Assembly: GCA_965202585.1 (NCBI GenBank)
Contig: OZ241827.1
Location: forward strand, 61,442,001 to 61,506,000
Reading direction: 5' to 3'
DNA length: 64,000 bases
Source: Thalia democratica
Lineage: Eukaryota
Positions 43,801 to 58,800 of this stretch are shown piece after piece. Made by a program: the position numbers and the translations under genes. The notes under the pieces are model-generated. The model did no database searches. It was not told the DNA's origin and worked only from the letters and a program-made list of their open reading frames with translations. Every line of letters begins with the position of its first letter. Positions within the stretch are counted from its first letter, which is position 1.

Positions 43801-46800
43801 CTTGTCTTAATTAAAAAAGATTGCTCGATTTACTGAAATGTAAAGAACTTATAAAAATAAAAATGTGCAAATCAAAATGTGCAACATTGTTATGCGCAGT
43901 TTACTATTTTATTTTAGTTGAAAAGGTCGTATTTTTTTGCCACCTAAACCTGGTAGTAATTAAAATATTTAGTTTGCACATTTTTATTTATTCATGTAAC
44001 TATATTTAAAAATAAATAACTTTGAAAAGTTTGCTATTAAACGAACTTTATACTTACAACTATTTATATAGCTTTTTTTTTAATTATATTTTTTTTTTGT
44101 TTTTTAGCTTGCGAAAATCCTCCTTTTGTAGAAAACTCGAACATCATGACAATAGACCTTGAAACATCAGATAGTGGGGTTGTAGAGTTGTATGTTGTTG
44201 AGTATTCTTGCAAACCCGGCTACTATCTGAGCAATGAATCTGCTGTTGTTCGATCTGAGTGCAGCAACAGACAATCCTCATGGTTACCTAATGATCCGAT
44301 ATTTTGCATAAAAGGTAGATAAATAAGTTCACATTATACAAAATTTATCTTTTAGCTCATCTTTACAGATGTATTGTTAAGTCTTTGATAATAAGCTACT
44401 TCATTTAGTTTGAGATTTAGATATGAAAAGCTATGATGATAAACTGGAATATTTCTAAAATTTAGTTTTAAAGTTTTAAATATTTAATAAGTGTTTAAAT
44501 ATTAAGCAGAGAATAACTAATGAATGCAAATATTAACTTTTTTTTATCTAATAGAATTTTTCTCGTATTTGAAACAAACTTCGTAAGTATGTAGTATTTA
44601 TTTCTCTCTGTATATTTAAAAATTTTAAGAGTGTGATGATACTCCAGTTGTTGAAAAAACCAAATCCAACAAAACTACAAACACAAACGAAAGAAACGGC
44701 ATTCTTCTAAATAGTACTTCTGTTGAGTACATTTGCAAGGATAATTACGTACAAAACGCAACAGTTTCAACTTGTGGTGTTGATGGTAAATGGTATCCAG
44801 TCATAGAGTGCTATCCTGGTAAGAATTTTTTAAGATAAGTAGTAGTTAAAATTTAAAAGATAGTTATTCTATAACATAAAGTCTTTATTTATTTTCTAAA
44901 CAAACTAAAAAAGTTGTTTTAATTAAAAGAATGTGGTCCTTCACCAAATATACTAAACGCATTGAAAACTGTCAATGAAGAGTTTGAAGTTGATCTTGAA
45001 ACAAAAGTTGAGCTCAATGTGTCTTATATTTGTCGAGAGCCTTACTACTTAGTTCCTGAAAACGCCGGAACCACGTATAATTGCATCAATGGAGGGTCTT
45101 GGACTAAAGAGGAATTTAGTTGCTTGCATAGTAAGATATGTATTTTTTTGGTTGTATTATTAATCCTTTACATTGTTTTTGTTTCAGAGTGCGCCGAGAT
45201 AGTACCAACTGGAGGTCTGCTTATAAACTCTAGCAGCGAAACTCATTACGGCGGTAAGCTCTTCAGCGGAGCGACTGTCGAGTTTAGCTGCGTTGAAAAT
45301 TATATTCTCAGCGACTCGACAAATATGGTTGCTGAATGCTTACAAAACGGCGAGTGGAGCATTTCTACTCCTTTTTGTGTCAAAGGTCGGTTGAAGCGCT
45401 ATTAGTGACAAAATTAAAGCTTTTAATTAAACGTAGAATAGTTAATCTACGCAGGTAAAATAAGTTGTTACATAGAAAAAATAGTTGCCGTATTTGTTAT
45501 CTTGGTTTATTTTTTTCAGCCCTATCACAGCTTTAGTTTAATAATTTATATATAAACTATGTGCATTGACTTTAGTTTAAAGCTTATTTCCACCTAAGTG
45601 TTAAAGTTAGTAATTTCAAATGGCCTCAAAAGGTTTTTGTAATTTATACTGTTTTAATTCCTTTTTAATCTTATAAAATGAGTATATGCCAAGTCCATTA
45701 TGTAGATTGTGGCACACCTAAGCCCATCGAAAATGGAAAGTTCAAAACGACTTTGTATGAAAATGTCATTGTGTCCTACTCTGGATCGTCGTTTGAAATA
45801 GAAATTCCACATCAAGTTTTGTACTCTTGCAATGAAGGTTTCAGCAAACCATCTGAACTGCCGGCTGAATTGAATTGCAATGAAAAAACTGGAAAATTTG
45901 AGCCGTCATATCCTGTTTGTTTAAAAAGTTGGTAGTTTGTTGAAAGCTTATTAAGTTGGTTTTAGTCTTAATAAAATATTGCGCTAGTGTTTTATAGTCC
46001 ATGAATCAGTTATTTAGAAATTTCATTAATTTAATAACGAATATTACCTTATGCACCTTATTTAAAAGTAAACAATGTTTTTTGTTTGGTTTTTCTAATT
46101 AGAATTTAAGCAAAAGCATAAAATCTTTTTACATAAGGTATTTCTAAATGCAAAAAAAAAAAAAAACTAAACTTTAGTTTGTTAGAACTACTGATAGGAC
46201 CCAAATTATTTCACACTGATAAATTTTTCTTACATACATTTTATAACTAACAAAAAGTCAGGATTTAATGAGTACTAAATTTGCTTAAAATTAAATCTAC
46301 TTTTCCTGAGCTAAAAACTTTGCTTTCCAGAATGTCCGTCTCCACCAGAAGGTTCACTATCAACAATGACAGTAGACTACAGTTACCAAGCAGGCGTGTT
46401 TTGGAGCGGTACTAAGGTTACTTACACATGTGTTGTAGGATACTCTTTCAAGTACAACCAACCTGAAGTTCTTACCTGCGGTAAAGATGGCACCTGGAGT
46501 CACGAAACCGCTCCTAAATGCGGACAAAGTAAGTTTAGTTTTAGGTTGCTTTTTTTAGAACTTTTCCATAAAATTTAAAATTTTATCAACACAAAAGAGG
46601 AAATTATTTTACTTTCAAAAGAACTTTTAAATATATGTTAATGTATTAAGCGTTGCAGACTAGTTAACTAAAACTCAATATACAAACGTTTACTAAAGTA
46701 TATATTGTTAAAATCTCAATAAATTAAACTAACAGAATGTCCTAGATTTTATATGACAACTGGTTTACAAATGGCACCAACTAGTGTTTATGATGAACTT

Positions 46801-49800
46801 TTCGTAACTGACTTTGTTTTGTACATGTCTTGTGAAGAGGGGTATGCGATTGATGATCCTCAACTTTCAGCAATTAGGTGCAACGAAGACGGAGATTGGA
46901 ACTCAACTTTTCCGACTTGCTTGAAAAGTTTATTTTTTAATAATCATGACTTCCATTTTATTGATTTTTGAAACTTTTCAATTTATATATACTAAGTAAT
47001 AAGTATAAAGTGTCAAGAATCTAGATAAATTTTTTGACGTGTTATAATTGAGTATTTCGTGTAACAAAGTGATTTTATTATTTTTATAGAATGTCCAGCA
47101 CTCGATGAAATACCAGACGGAAAACTTATTGTTGTTATCCAAACTCGTGCTGACTTGTATGTGCAATCTGACGCATTCAAATTCGTTTGTGATGAAGGAT
47201 ACCAATTCCACACTGGCATGGCAGATAATTATGCCTTAGAATGTTTAAAAAATGGGTTATATAATAATTCTGTCGTGCCTATTTGCGTTAAAGGTATTTT
47301 TTCAAATACAGTATTTAAAGAAGTTTATGCACTTCTTTTTAAGTTAAAACCTAAAATTTTAAGTCTAAATTTTAAATAAATTTAAAGTTCTATCATTAAG
47401 TTTTAAATAATAAAACATAAAACATTATACACCATAGTATTATTTTTGATTTCATTAGTTTTTATTTATAACATGTTGTATCATAATAAAGTATATGTTA
47501 TAGTTTTCAATTGTTCTTTTTATTGAACATTTTTTTTTCTTTAACCATAAAACAGAGTGCGATGTTCTTCCCAAAAACAACCAAACTCGTTGGAACATCA
47601 CGTTCAGTCACAGAAAAGGGGAATTTTGGACCGACACCCGGGTGACCTACGCTTGCACCTCCGCTGCGCACAAACTGGCGCTGGGCGAAATTGGAGCAAC
47701 GACTTGTGGCAGAGATGGCAGCTGGGACGTGGATCGCGCTCCACGTTGTGTTCCGGGTGAGTGGTATTAACTTAAGATGTAAGAACCATGTTAAAAAACT
47801 TAATACTATAGCTTTACAGTATTAAGAAGTTTTACGAGTTAAAGAAGGTGAGAAAAATCTAACTTAAATATGTAAATTTCAAAACATATAAAAATAAAGG
47901 AGTAGGTCTAACAGTTATTTATAAAGTTTTACAAAACCAAAGATTCTTATTTCATATTTTATTACAAAATTAAAGCTTAGTGCCAAGTTTACTACGAACT
48001 TAAGCCAAAATTTTATTTAAGGTAAAACCTTTTTTAAGCTTGTGACCAGCCTCCTTTAATTGAAAACTCCAACTACAACACGCTTGAGCTCAATGTTTCC
48101 GCTACTGAAGATGTGGTACGCCATGTTGTTGAATTCGAGTGCATTGAGGGGTATCATCTCAGCGATGAGACTGCCAACATGAGGTTTGAGTGCAACTTGG
48201 GCGAACTATGGACCCCTAAAGAGCTGCCTACCTGTATAAAAGGTATGAACAATTTATAACTTGCAGCAAAATCTGTCATTTGTTAATGCCAAAGTGTTAA
48301 GATTTTCAGTTTTTGATTTTATGATAAGGCTTAAAGACATTAAAATACTACATTTACTACTTTAGTTATTAAAATCAGTATTTCATAAAATCGATGGATA
48401 CATCTGCTGCAGCTAACTTCCGTTTTAAAATTACAATAAAATTCCTTTTTATGCAGAATGCGGTGTAATTAGAAACTATGATCCATCAGGAAGATTCACC
48501 TTCCTCTACTCATTTATCAATGAGAACAAAAGAGACGGTGTGTATTTAGCAGGAACCGCAATAGAATACTGGTGTAACGAGGGTTACGATCAGAGCAACT
48601 ATGAATCTGCCTGCGGTGTCGATGGAGTTTGGGATCCGCCCATACAATGCTTTACTAGTAAATATAATTTGTACAAGTCAAAAACTTTTTTAGTTACGAC
48701 TGTTTAAAAATTTTAACCATCAACATTAAATTTTATAAAAGTTTTTACTCTTTTATTATTACTTTTTCTGCTTGTATTTATATTTGAAAAATGTAATTTA
48801 TAATTTAATAAAATGAAAAGATATTTACTAACCTTTTTATAGGTTGTGGTCGTTCGCCAAACGTACCTAACGCAGATAAACATGTACATAAAACGAACAA
48901 AGTAGGTGAGAATTTAGAAATAGAGCTAAAAGTTTCCTACACTTGCATAGAACCGTTTATAACAACACCTGCGTCTGCAAGTACCGATTACAATTGTTTA
49001 GAAGGCGGTTTTTGGAGTGGTGATGAGTTTAACTGTGTGAAAGGTTAGTTTTTTTATGATACAAAAAAGTAGTAAAACACACAGCTTTGCTTGAAAAGTG
49101 TAGTCGTTGTATAAAAATTAATAAAATTTTGTTAAGGTTTAAGCTCATAAAAGCTACAAAACTGACAGGCTTTATTAAAAAGATAATAAATTATTTAAAT
49201 TAGTAACGTTAATATTTGTCAAAGAGTGATACACGAAAACATCGGTGAAAGTCATCAGAGGCAAATGCTGGATTTTTATATACAAAGCTTACGAATAAAC
49301 TTAATTTAACAACATGATTTGATCATACCACTTGTATTTGTAGACCACAAGCTATTTGACAATAAATTTGAATTGCGACTGACTGATTAATATAAGTATG
49401 AACGAGGCTTAGGTCTCAGAGCTTGTGGTCTGTGATTGTCTAAGTGATAAAATCAAAACTTCATTTCAACTTAAGTTTGTTAAACAGTGTGCAATTAAAA
49501 TTCGTGTGTTTACTATAGACAAACTTATTCTTTCGAAATAGAAATATTTCTTATATAAAAAATCTTTTTTCTGAAGCGAAAATGGTGAAGCTTTTAAACT
49601 AAAAAGCTTTTAACATTATACTATTATACTATTTTAACATAAATTCAATAAATTTTATTAGTATTCCTACGTAAGAGTAGGTCGTGGAAACTATTTTTGA
49701 TTCAATATTTGTAACTAGATTTCATTTTCCTTATTAAATAAAAAAATATTTACAGCTGCAAAAACAAACAATATTGTGCTTTACAAAAACTTAACTAAAT

Positions 49801-52800
49801 TTTCAGAGTGCAAGGAAATTGAAGCAACCGAAGCGTTAAATGTAATTTTAGTATCAGGAGGTAACAAAATAAGCAATGGTGCAGTTATAAAATTTAGCTG
49901 CAATGAAAACTACGTCCTCAAAGATTCAACAAAGCTGTTTGCCAAGTGCTCAAACAATGGAGATTGGAATGTAACTGCTAACAGCTGTGTTAAAAGTAAA
50001 TGTTTCGTAAATGATAAAGAAATAGTATTTTTGATTGTTTTTTGAATATAGAAATACATGTTAGTTCTTTTAGTCAGTGACACATAAATTTTTTTTCATG
50101 GTATTTACTTTATTTACTATACTTAATACTATACTTTATTTATTTACTATACTTTAATACTCCTACAATAAACTAACAATTAGACTTTGGTTTATATTTT
50201 TATAGTCTTATATCTAGTATAAATGCTATTTAGTTCCTATTTTAGTAACTATAAAAGTTTCATTTCAAATTCTCTGGGCCTTTTGATTACCATATAATGC
50301 TTGAATTTAAAATATAGATTGCGGAGCTCCTGATAACATAGAAGACGGCCGTTACCGCATCAACCAGTACGAAGAAGTGGTAACCGGATTAGGATCAGTG
50401 ATCAGGATTCCTCAGCGCGTCACTTACATCTGCACCGAAGGATTCCAAACTCCGCCAGGGTTCGGAACCGTGTCTACGTGTGCGACGTCAGGAAAGTTCA
50501 GACCACGCCCCGTCTGCGTGAAAAGTAAGTTCTCCTTGATCATGCTTAAAGTTAAGTAAAATCACAGTTATTTACTACATTCTTAAAAATATATGCTGTG
50601 TTTCATTAGTAGTTTGACATCTTTTACTCTTTTGTAATTGAAAGTTTTATACTTAGATGTTACTTTTACTTTCTAGGAATGTTATTTTATAAATAAAATG
50701 CAAGTTCACAAAGTTAAGTAATAGGATGTCGTAACTTGTAGATATACAATTATTGCTTCTATATTCTATCTAGAAACTTAGAAGCTAACGTGATTATTGA
50801 TTCTAGAATGTCCCTCTCCACCAGAAGGTTCACTGTCAACAATGACAGTAGACTACAGTTACCAAACAGGCGCGTTTTGGAGCGGTACAAATGTTACTTA
50901 CACTTGTGTTGAAGGATACTCTTTCAAGTACAACCAACCTGAAGTTCTTACCTGCAGGAAAGATGGCACCTGGAGTCATAAAAGCGCTCCTGAATGCAGA
51001 CAATGTTTGTTTTTTGTTATCAATTTTTGACAAAAACTACGTTAAATGCTCTAAACAGCCAGTTTATAGTTAAAATTGTACAAGTTATATCTTTAAAACT
51101 TACTTCAAGGAGGTTATTTAAATCAAGTAGTATATAAGTTTGTTTATTCAAGAAAAGTATGATATTTTTGGTACCTACTCTTTGTTACAGTAAGATATTT
51201 GAAAATCACTCACAGAAAACAATTTTTTGTATTTCGCTAAAAAATTTAAAAGTTCAAGTTCTGATACTGAACTTGCTTTAAACATTTTATACTTATTAAT
51301 TTTTAACAGCATGTTCAGTAATTCCACTCGTGAACAACAGCAGACGAGTAGTAGAGTCCTATGAAAGTTCCGATAACGGGATTATTCAGAGCATAGAAAT
51401 TAGGTATGAATGTCTTCGCGGGCATGTTTTTAATCGAAAAGAAGACGCTGGTAAAATTTTTCCTTGCACATCAAAGTACGGGTGGAGCTTTACAAGATTA
51501 CCGCAGTGCGTTAAAGGTTTAATTATTGCAGTTTAAAAAGAAATTGTTATAAAAATAAATTTTAGAGTTTAACGTTGATCAATTTTATTTTAAGTTTAAT
51601 TTGTAATCAGAATTATCGTTACTAAAAGCCTGAAACTAAAACTCATTAAAAAATATAATAAAAACAACGTAGGTAAAACTACAATCTTTTTTTAGTCTTA
51701 TTTGACAACTTTAAAAATGAATTTTGCTTATTTTTGACATTGTTTATGATGTATAAGTTTTTATACTTTGATGAACGTTATCCAACTTAAGTAGAAAACA
51801 ATTTATAAATTATCTTTCAATAGGTTACATGGCTATCAGTCAGAAAACTAAAAAGAGTCATTTTTTCCATACATACAACAAAGTTATAATTTTACAACTA
51901 TTAATTGTTTTACTTACTTTTAGAAGTTAAAACTTAGCTACCTAAACAAACAATAAAAATTTATTTAAACATATCAAAACCTACCATTCTTCAAGTTAAA
52001 TGTGCATGGATTACAGTTTCGTTATTTTAAACAGAGTGTGACAAAATACCGTCTGTCGAAAACAGTGCTCCTACAAACGCGCCATCGCTGCTCATTCCCG
52101 GTACAGTCGTGTCTCATAAATGCTTTGAAAACTTTGTGGAAACGGCAGGCAATATAACTTGCGGATCAGACGGAAAATGGAGACCTACTATGGAGTGCAT
52201 TCCCGGTAATTTGGCTTGAAATATTTTTTTCAGTAAATAAGAGTTTTTTATACCTAATCATTATTTATAGTATAAATTAAAATTTGACCGTTCAAATTCT
52301 TTAAACGATCTTTAAATGGCCATAACTTAAAAAGTAACATACATTTGAAAAATTAAAATCGTATTTTAGATCTAACTAACACCTAAAAATACTTTCTTTA
52401 GTTTTGCAAAATCTTTTATTTTTTTGAGATATCTCTAAAACAAGTTTTAAAATATAGTAACTTTTATTAAATTTTTAAATTCTCTTTAAACATTTTTTTT
52501 TCAGTTCACTTTTTACTATTACAATCTTATTAATTAGACCTACAATTGTTCTTTTGATTTTTTTAATGTATATATTTTTATGAGTTATGGCCTCCTCAAC
52601 ATTTTTTAAGAATTTAATTGTCGGAATTGGAATTGTCATATATCAAAGTTGAACATACTTTTAACTGCTGCTTAACAGTGTAAATTTTTTATACGTTTTT
52701 ATTCTTATGAAAACCAAAAAAATACTTCGTCAAAGTGTTTTAATTCATTTGAAAAAAAAAACAGATTGTGGGTCTTCACCAACCTTTTCACAAACTTATA

Positions 52801-55800
52801 AGTTGGTAAACTACCGCAACATCAGTAAAGATATCAGCTTAGAAACTTCAGTTGAGTACTTTTGTGAGGAAGACTATTACATGATGCCTGATCCTAGGGT
52901 AACCTCACAAATGTTCACGTGCGATACTGGTGGACCTTGGGACATTGTTTCCATTCACTGTTTAAAACGTGAGACCATAAAGCCTTTAGACCACAGTTTA
53001 TAAATATTCTGTAAAAAATTTGAAACTTTTGAATAGTTTGTTTTATGTAGTCAAACACAGTTTACACTCGTTCACAAAGTAAAGCTGTATGAATTTATAC
53101 TCATCTGTATATCTAAAAGTAGTGCTTAAAATAATCAGTGCTTGACCTTAAGACTGCTAAAAGTTTGATCTTATAGTTTATAACTGATATGATTTAATTT
53201 TTTTTGGTTAAGAGTGCACTTTATAAAAATAGTCAAATCGTTTTTTACTTTATGAATACCAAATGAAGATCATAAAATATAAAAAAAAAATTTAATTTTT
53301 GCATTAGAACTTCTACAAACTTTTTACAGAGTGCCCGAAAGTAGAAATTTCTAGCAAAGTCATCATGGAGATTTTAAATGTTATCCACGACGATGTATCT
53401 TACTTAACCGGCACCGTTTTGAAATTCACATGCCCAGCTGGATACGTCATTGATAACCCTGAACTTTCTCAGGCAATGTGCACCGACCAAGGTTCATGGA
53501 ACTCAACTTTTCCCACTTGTCACATAGGTAAGTTTAACTTGAAAACGACTCAAAAACGTGCATGCAAAAGATATAAATTCCAATTTATAACAGAAATTCG
53601 TATAATACCGTGTGTTATCTCTTTTAGCTTGTTCGAAACTGGAAGCCATACCAAACGGAAAACTAGTCAGTCATAGCCAAAAACGTAAAGGATTCTACTT
53701 GGATGGTGATGTTTTTAATTATGCTTGTAATGATGGCTACATTTTTCACTTTGGAGCATCAGATGATTACATTTACAAGTGTTTAGATGATGGGAATTAC
53801 GACAACATTATAACACCTCTCTGCATTACAAGTGAACACATTTTATATGAATATAAACTTTGTAATACATAAAAAATTGATGTACAAGTTATACTTTCAA
53901 GTTATCATTATTATTATTTTATTTGTTCTGAAAGCAAATTTTATTTGAGGTTCCGCAACAAACTTTGTAGCTTTTTTCTACAAACAGAAACTCTCTAGAT
54001 TATTTATTGTATAATACAGTAACGTCTCGCATCTTTACGCACTCGTGACGTTACGCATTCTCGTTTAGTTACGCATTTTAGAACTCTAAAAAATTCAAAA
54101 AATATAAAACTTTAATATTGTTAAAAACTGCACAAAATAGGTTTATTGATTAATTTTACTTTAAAATATGTTTTTAAATGCTAACTCACATATCTATATC
54201 TTTAGGCTTTGTAAACTATGTTCCCTGACTAATCAATAAACATTTAGTTATACCTCAGTATATCAGAAATGTTGTTAACAATAAGAGGTTAAATTGAAGT
54301 TCTGAAAGAAATATAAATGAGTTAAATAATGAAAGTATAAAGAAAAAATGAGAGTTTACAACACAAATAAATAATACAGCGCTCTTGCCCTATATATGAA
54401 TAAACACTTAAAAAGAAATCTAATAAAATTTTGTGATACCTGATAAACATAATGCTTACACTTAAACAAATCTCAATTGTTTTTTTAGTAAATATATCAC
54501 TAAATCAAAATATAAATAAAGATAAACTCTACTTATTATTATTCTATATAAATTTAAATCCTGTTTTTAAATAAATGCATAGTTTTATGTTTTGTTTTCA
54601 TATTTATAAATAAAGTAAACAAATTTTTAAAAGTGTGCCCCCAGTCTGCTTTTAATTAGAAGCAATATCAAAAACTAGCCATTATAGTATGTATATTTGG
54701 TACCTTTCGTATCTTTACGATTTCTCGTATCTTTACGCGTTTTTTCTGTGGACACAATGTGCGTAAATAAGCGAGAGGTTACTGTATTAGTATATTAAGT
54801 TGTAATTATTAAAAATATGCTATTAAACTTTTATAGTTATGTGCTTTACAACCAAACTTATTTATTATGAAATGTGTGTTATAACTTATACAAACCTTAC
54901 TTTAATTTAGTTTATAAAAACTAACATTTTAGATTTCCAAAAATTGTTTTTAACTTTGAAATGTTACTTATGAAAAAAGTTATTTAGTGTATGTAATTTA
55001 GACATTTTTTTTTAAATCTCAATATAATTTTTTAAATTATAATACTACATAAAACTGTGTTAAATATAAGAAATCGGAATTTGTTTTTTACCCTGTGTTT
55101 TATAGTTTGCTTAAATGTTATCTAACACGTTTAGATGCCTACTTATGTTGCGACTTATAAGTCCCTTCAAACACAAAATGATGAGTAGTTACATAAACTA
55201 TTTAACTTTATCTTATTCTAGTTATTTTCGTACCGCAATAAAACATCTGACTGAAGCACATTATACTTTGATAAAACTAGCTTAATCTTACAAAGTAAGA
55301 TTTCATTTGCACCATAACTTTGTCTAACAACTATTTTTCTTTTGCTTAAAACACGTCTAATATTTGTAGGGTGTCCTTCACCTCCTGAAGAAGAATATGT
55401 AAGTTGGAAAATAGAATTCAGCTACAGAGAAGACGAGTTTTGGAGTTATACTGAAGTAACCTACAAGTGTAAACCTTCACATAGTTTTCTATGGGGTGAA
55501 AATAAAATGCGAATTTGTGGAATAAATGGAACTTGGGACTTTCAAAATGCTCCCAAATGTGCTCCAAGTAAATTAGAATTAAAAATATTAAGAAAATGTA
55601 GCTGATACTCTGTAGGCAAATGTATTTTTTCTTTAATAGTAACGAGTAATGATACAAGTAAAAAAGAACAAAAATAATCGTAACTTATTGTATTTCTTAA
55701 GTTTTCTTTTTTATCTCCTTATAACTCTCATTTTAACTTACATAGATTACTCTAATAAGTATTATTAAGTGTAGATTTAGTTTTTTTTTTATAAAAAATC

Positions 55801-58800
55801 TTAATGACATACTGTATATCATTTTTAAAACATTTAATATTTGATCTGATTGTTATTATAATCAATGTTTTAGAAGATTGAATTTTAGTCCTACGTATTG
55901 AAGTTTCAAAAAGTTCTTAGTTAAGGCATACAATCAACTAAATACATTTCAACAAAAATAATTCTAAACTTATACTTTCTTCATATTAATACTAAACTAA
56001 CTAGTTTTGACATCTTTAACAAAAAACAAAAAATAATATTTAATATCCATTAAAAAAAATGAACAATTAAAGTTATATATATCGAGAATTCGGAATAATA
56101 GTTAACAAGATAATGACTATCAGAGGTATGATAATTCATAATTATATCATGTTTTGTTTTTGTAAGTATTTCACAAACATAAAAGTTTAGCTTTAATATG
56201 GAGAATTCTTATTAAACATCGGTTTTTAAAAAAAACATTCTAAAAATGAAACAGATCTTTTAAAATAGATACAACCAGTTTCGAGTTACAGTTTAAACCA
56301 AAGTCTGTGTTATCCCAATAATTTAAATAACCTGTAATCTAAAGTTAAGATTAAACGATCAAGTTACAGCTTATTTATAAAAAAACTTATGTAACAGTCT
56401 ACTGTGCACAGCTTAAAAAGTTATCAGATATTCAATTAAATAATAAATTAAAGACAAAAATCATTTTCTTTTTTTTAGTCTGTGAAGTTCCTCCATATGT
56501 TCCAGACGCGAACGTAACTACAATTAAAACCGTAAGGCTTGAAAATGGAGAAGTTGAAGAAAGCATAATTGATTATCACTGTAATCCTGACTATTATCTG
56601 GCTAACGAAACTGCAAATGTTCGATTTCAGTGCAGTGTAGGAGCATTTTGGACGCCTAAAAAGCTAATAAGTTGTGTTAAAAGTAAGTTTAAGAAGCTTA
56701 TTGACTTAAACCACTAAATACAGATTACAAATGTTAACTTAATATTTTAATATATTTTGTCACCTATTGTTTACTTGTGCAAACTTAAATAAGAGAAAAA
56801 TAAGCCGTACTTACAATAAAGAGGTAACTTTTAAAAACTCAGAGTGCAATAGAATACCAACCATAACAAATGCACACTTTTACAATATTACTTACCTAAA
56901 TCAAAGAAGAGACGTTTATTTGAATAGAACAGAAGTTGAATACAAATGCAATGAAAACTTTGTGCCAAAAAAGTCTAAAATGACTTGCATTGAAAATGGT
57001 GAATGGACCCCAACTTTTCAGTGTTATCCAGGTTTTTAATTTTGTATCTAATAAAAGTTTCAGTTTAAAATAATCATCTAAGTTATCTTATTATCAATAC
57101 ACAATTTTAGATTAGTTACTTTATACATTTTTAAAACATCTAAATTTTTGTAAATTCAATTTAAAATATGTTGTGGAAAATTTATAACTTTTAAGTTTTC
57201 ACAGATTGTGGTCCATCACAAGATATACCAAACACAGTAAAAAGTGTGGAGAAGGTAGCTAACGTCGATTCAAATACTACAGTTGAGCAAATAGTTTCTT
57301 ATACTTGCAAATATCCGTACTTTTTACTACCACAGGCTGTAGATACCACTCGTAATTGTGTAGGTGGATCCTGGGTCTACAACGACTTTCAGTGTTTACA
57401 ACGTTAGTTAAAACATATTGTTAAGAATGTAAACTTGGTTCTTTCTTGGATCTTTGCGTTTTTAAGAAAAGTGAAATGAACAAGTTCAGAGTAGTATTTA
57501 GATACTAGTTTGCTAAAAGTTTGTTACAAAAATTAACTTATTTTTGGACGTTTTGTGCAATAGTAGTTATATTTACTCTTAAATATATTCTTTTATATAC
57601 TCTTTAAAGAGTGTAATATTTTCTTTTTAATCTAAGCATGAACATGCTTGAATCACATATATTTCTTGCTACTTTTGTATGAACTTTCTTTAAATACATC
57701 AACTAAGTAAATATAGAATTGTTATATATATTTTATCTTAAAATGTGTCTTTATTATTACTTTTTAAATACAGAATGCCAGAAAATTAAATTAAGTGACA
57801 AACTAAAGTTTGAAATTATCCAGAAAGTAAGCTATGAGGATAGAACACTTTTTGAAGGTTCGATAATCGAGTTTAGTTGTGAAGACAACTTTATTCTTAG
57901 TGATTCAGATAAAACACACGCTGAATGTGTTAATAATGGAGAATGGAACGTAACTGCACCTTACTGTGTAAGAGGTAGGCACTTTTTAAAGTATTATCTA
58001 GGAAAACAATCTAACTAAGTTTTAAAAAGTAGTTGTTTGTTAGTATTTCATATTTTAGTTCATCTATTATACTTATATACTAAAGCTTTAGGTTCACTTG
58101 ATATTAATTTTGTTTTAAGTTTTTTGAAAATTTAGATTGTGGATATCCTAAAAATATTACAAACGGTTACTTTGAAGTCAATTTGTACTCAATTGTAAAC
58201 AACACTGAAAATGGTTCAGTGATGAAAGTACCTCAAAAAGTCACGTACTACTGTAATAATGGCCACGTCATTTCACCACATTCAACAGCAGTTTTAAACT
58301 GCGATGAAAACAGCGGAAGTTTTAATCCTCCAAAATGTGTGACAGGTTTGTTTTTGCCTTTGTATTGTTCTCTAAAACTCATTAAGTATAGAAAATTAAA
58401 AATGTGTTAATCAATAAAATTTCAATAACTAAAAACAAAATCTCTCATTAATTTATATACTGTTTTATAACCAACAATTTATTAATCAACAATTTTTTTT
58501 TGCTAATGAATATAGTTTAGTACCATATATACTTCATTTTTAATGAAAAAGTTTTAAACGATCTCAATAAAGATAACCACTACTTTAGACTGCGGTGCAC
58601 CACCAAAGAAAGACAATATGACGTATTCAGAAGACAGTGAAAAACCTTACTATTTAAACGGAAGCGTTGTGACTTACTACTGCGTAAACGGGTACGAAAT
58701 ACTCCCCAGGGATCAAGACGAAATAGTTTGCGCAGATGGATCTTGGCAGAGAGTTGTAGGAAACTGTTATTCAGGTAGCGCGTTACGCATGTATGCATGA

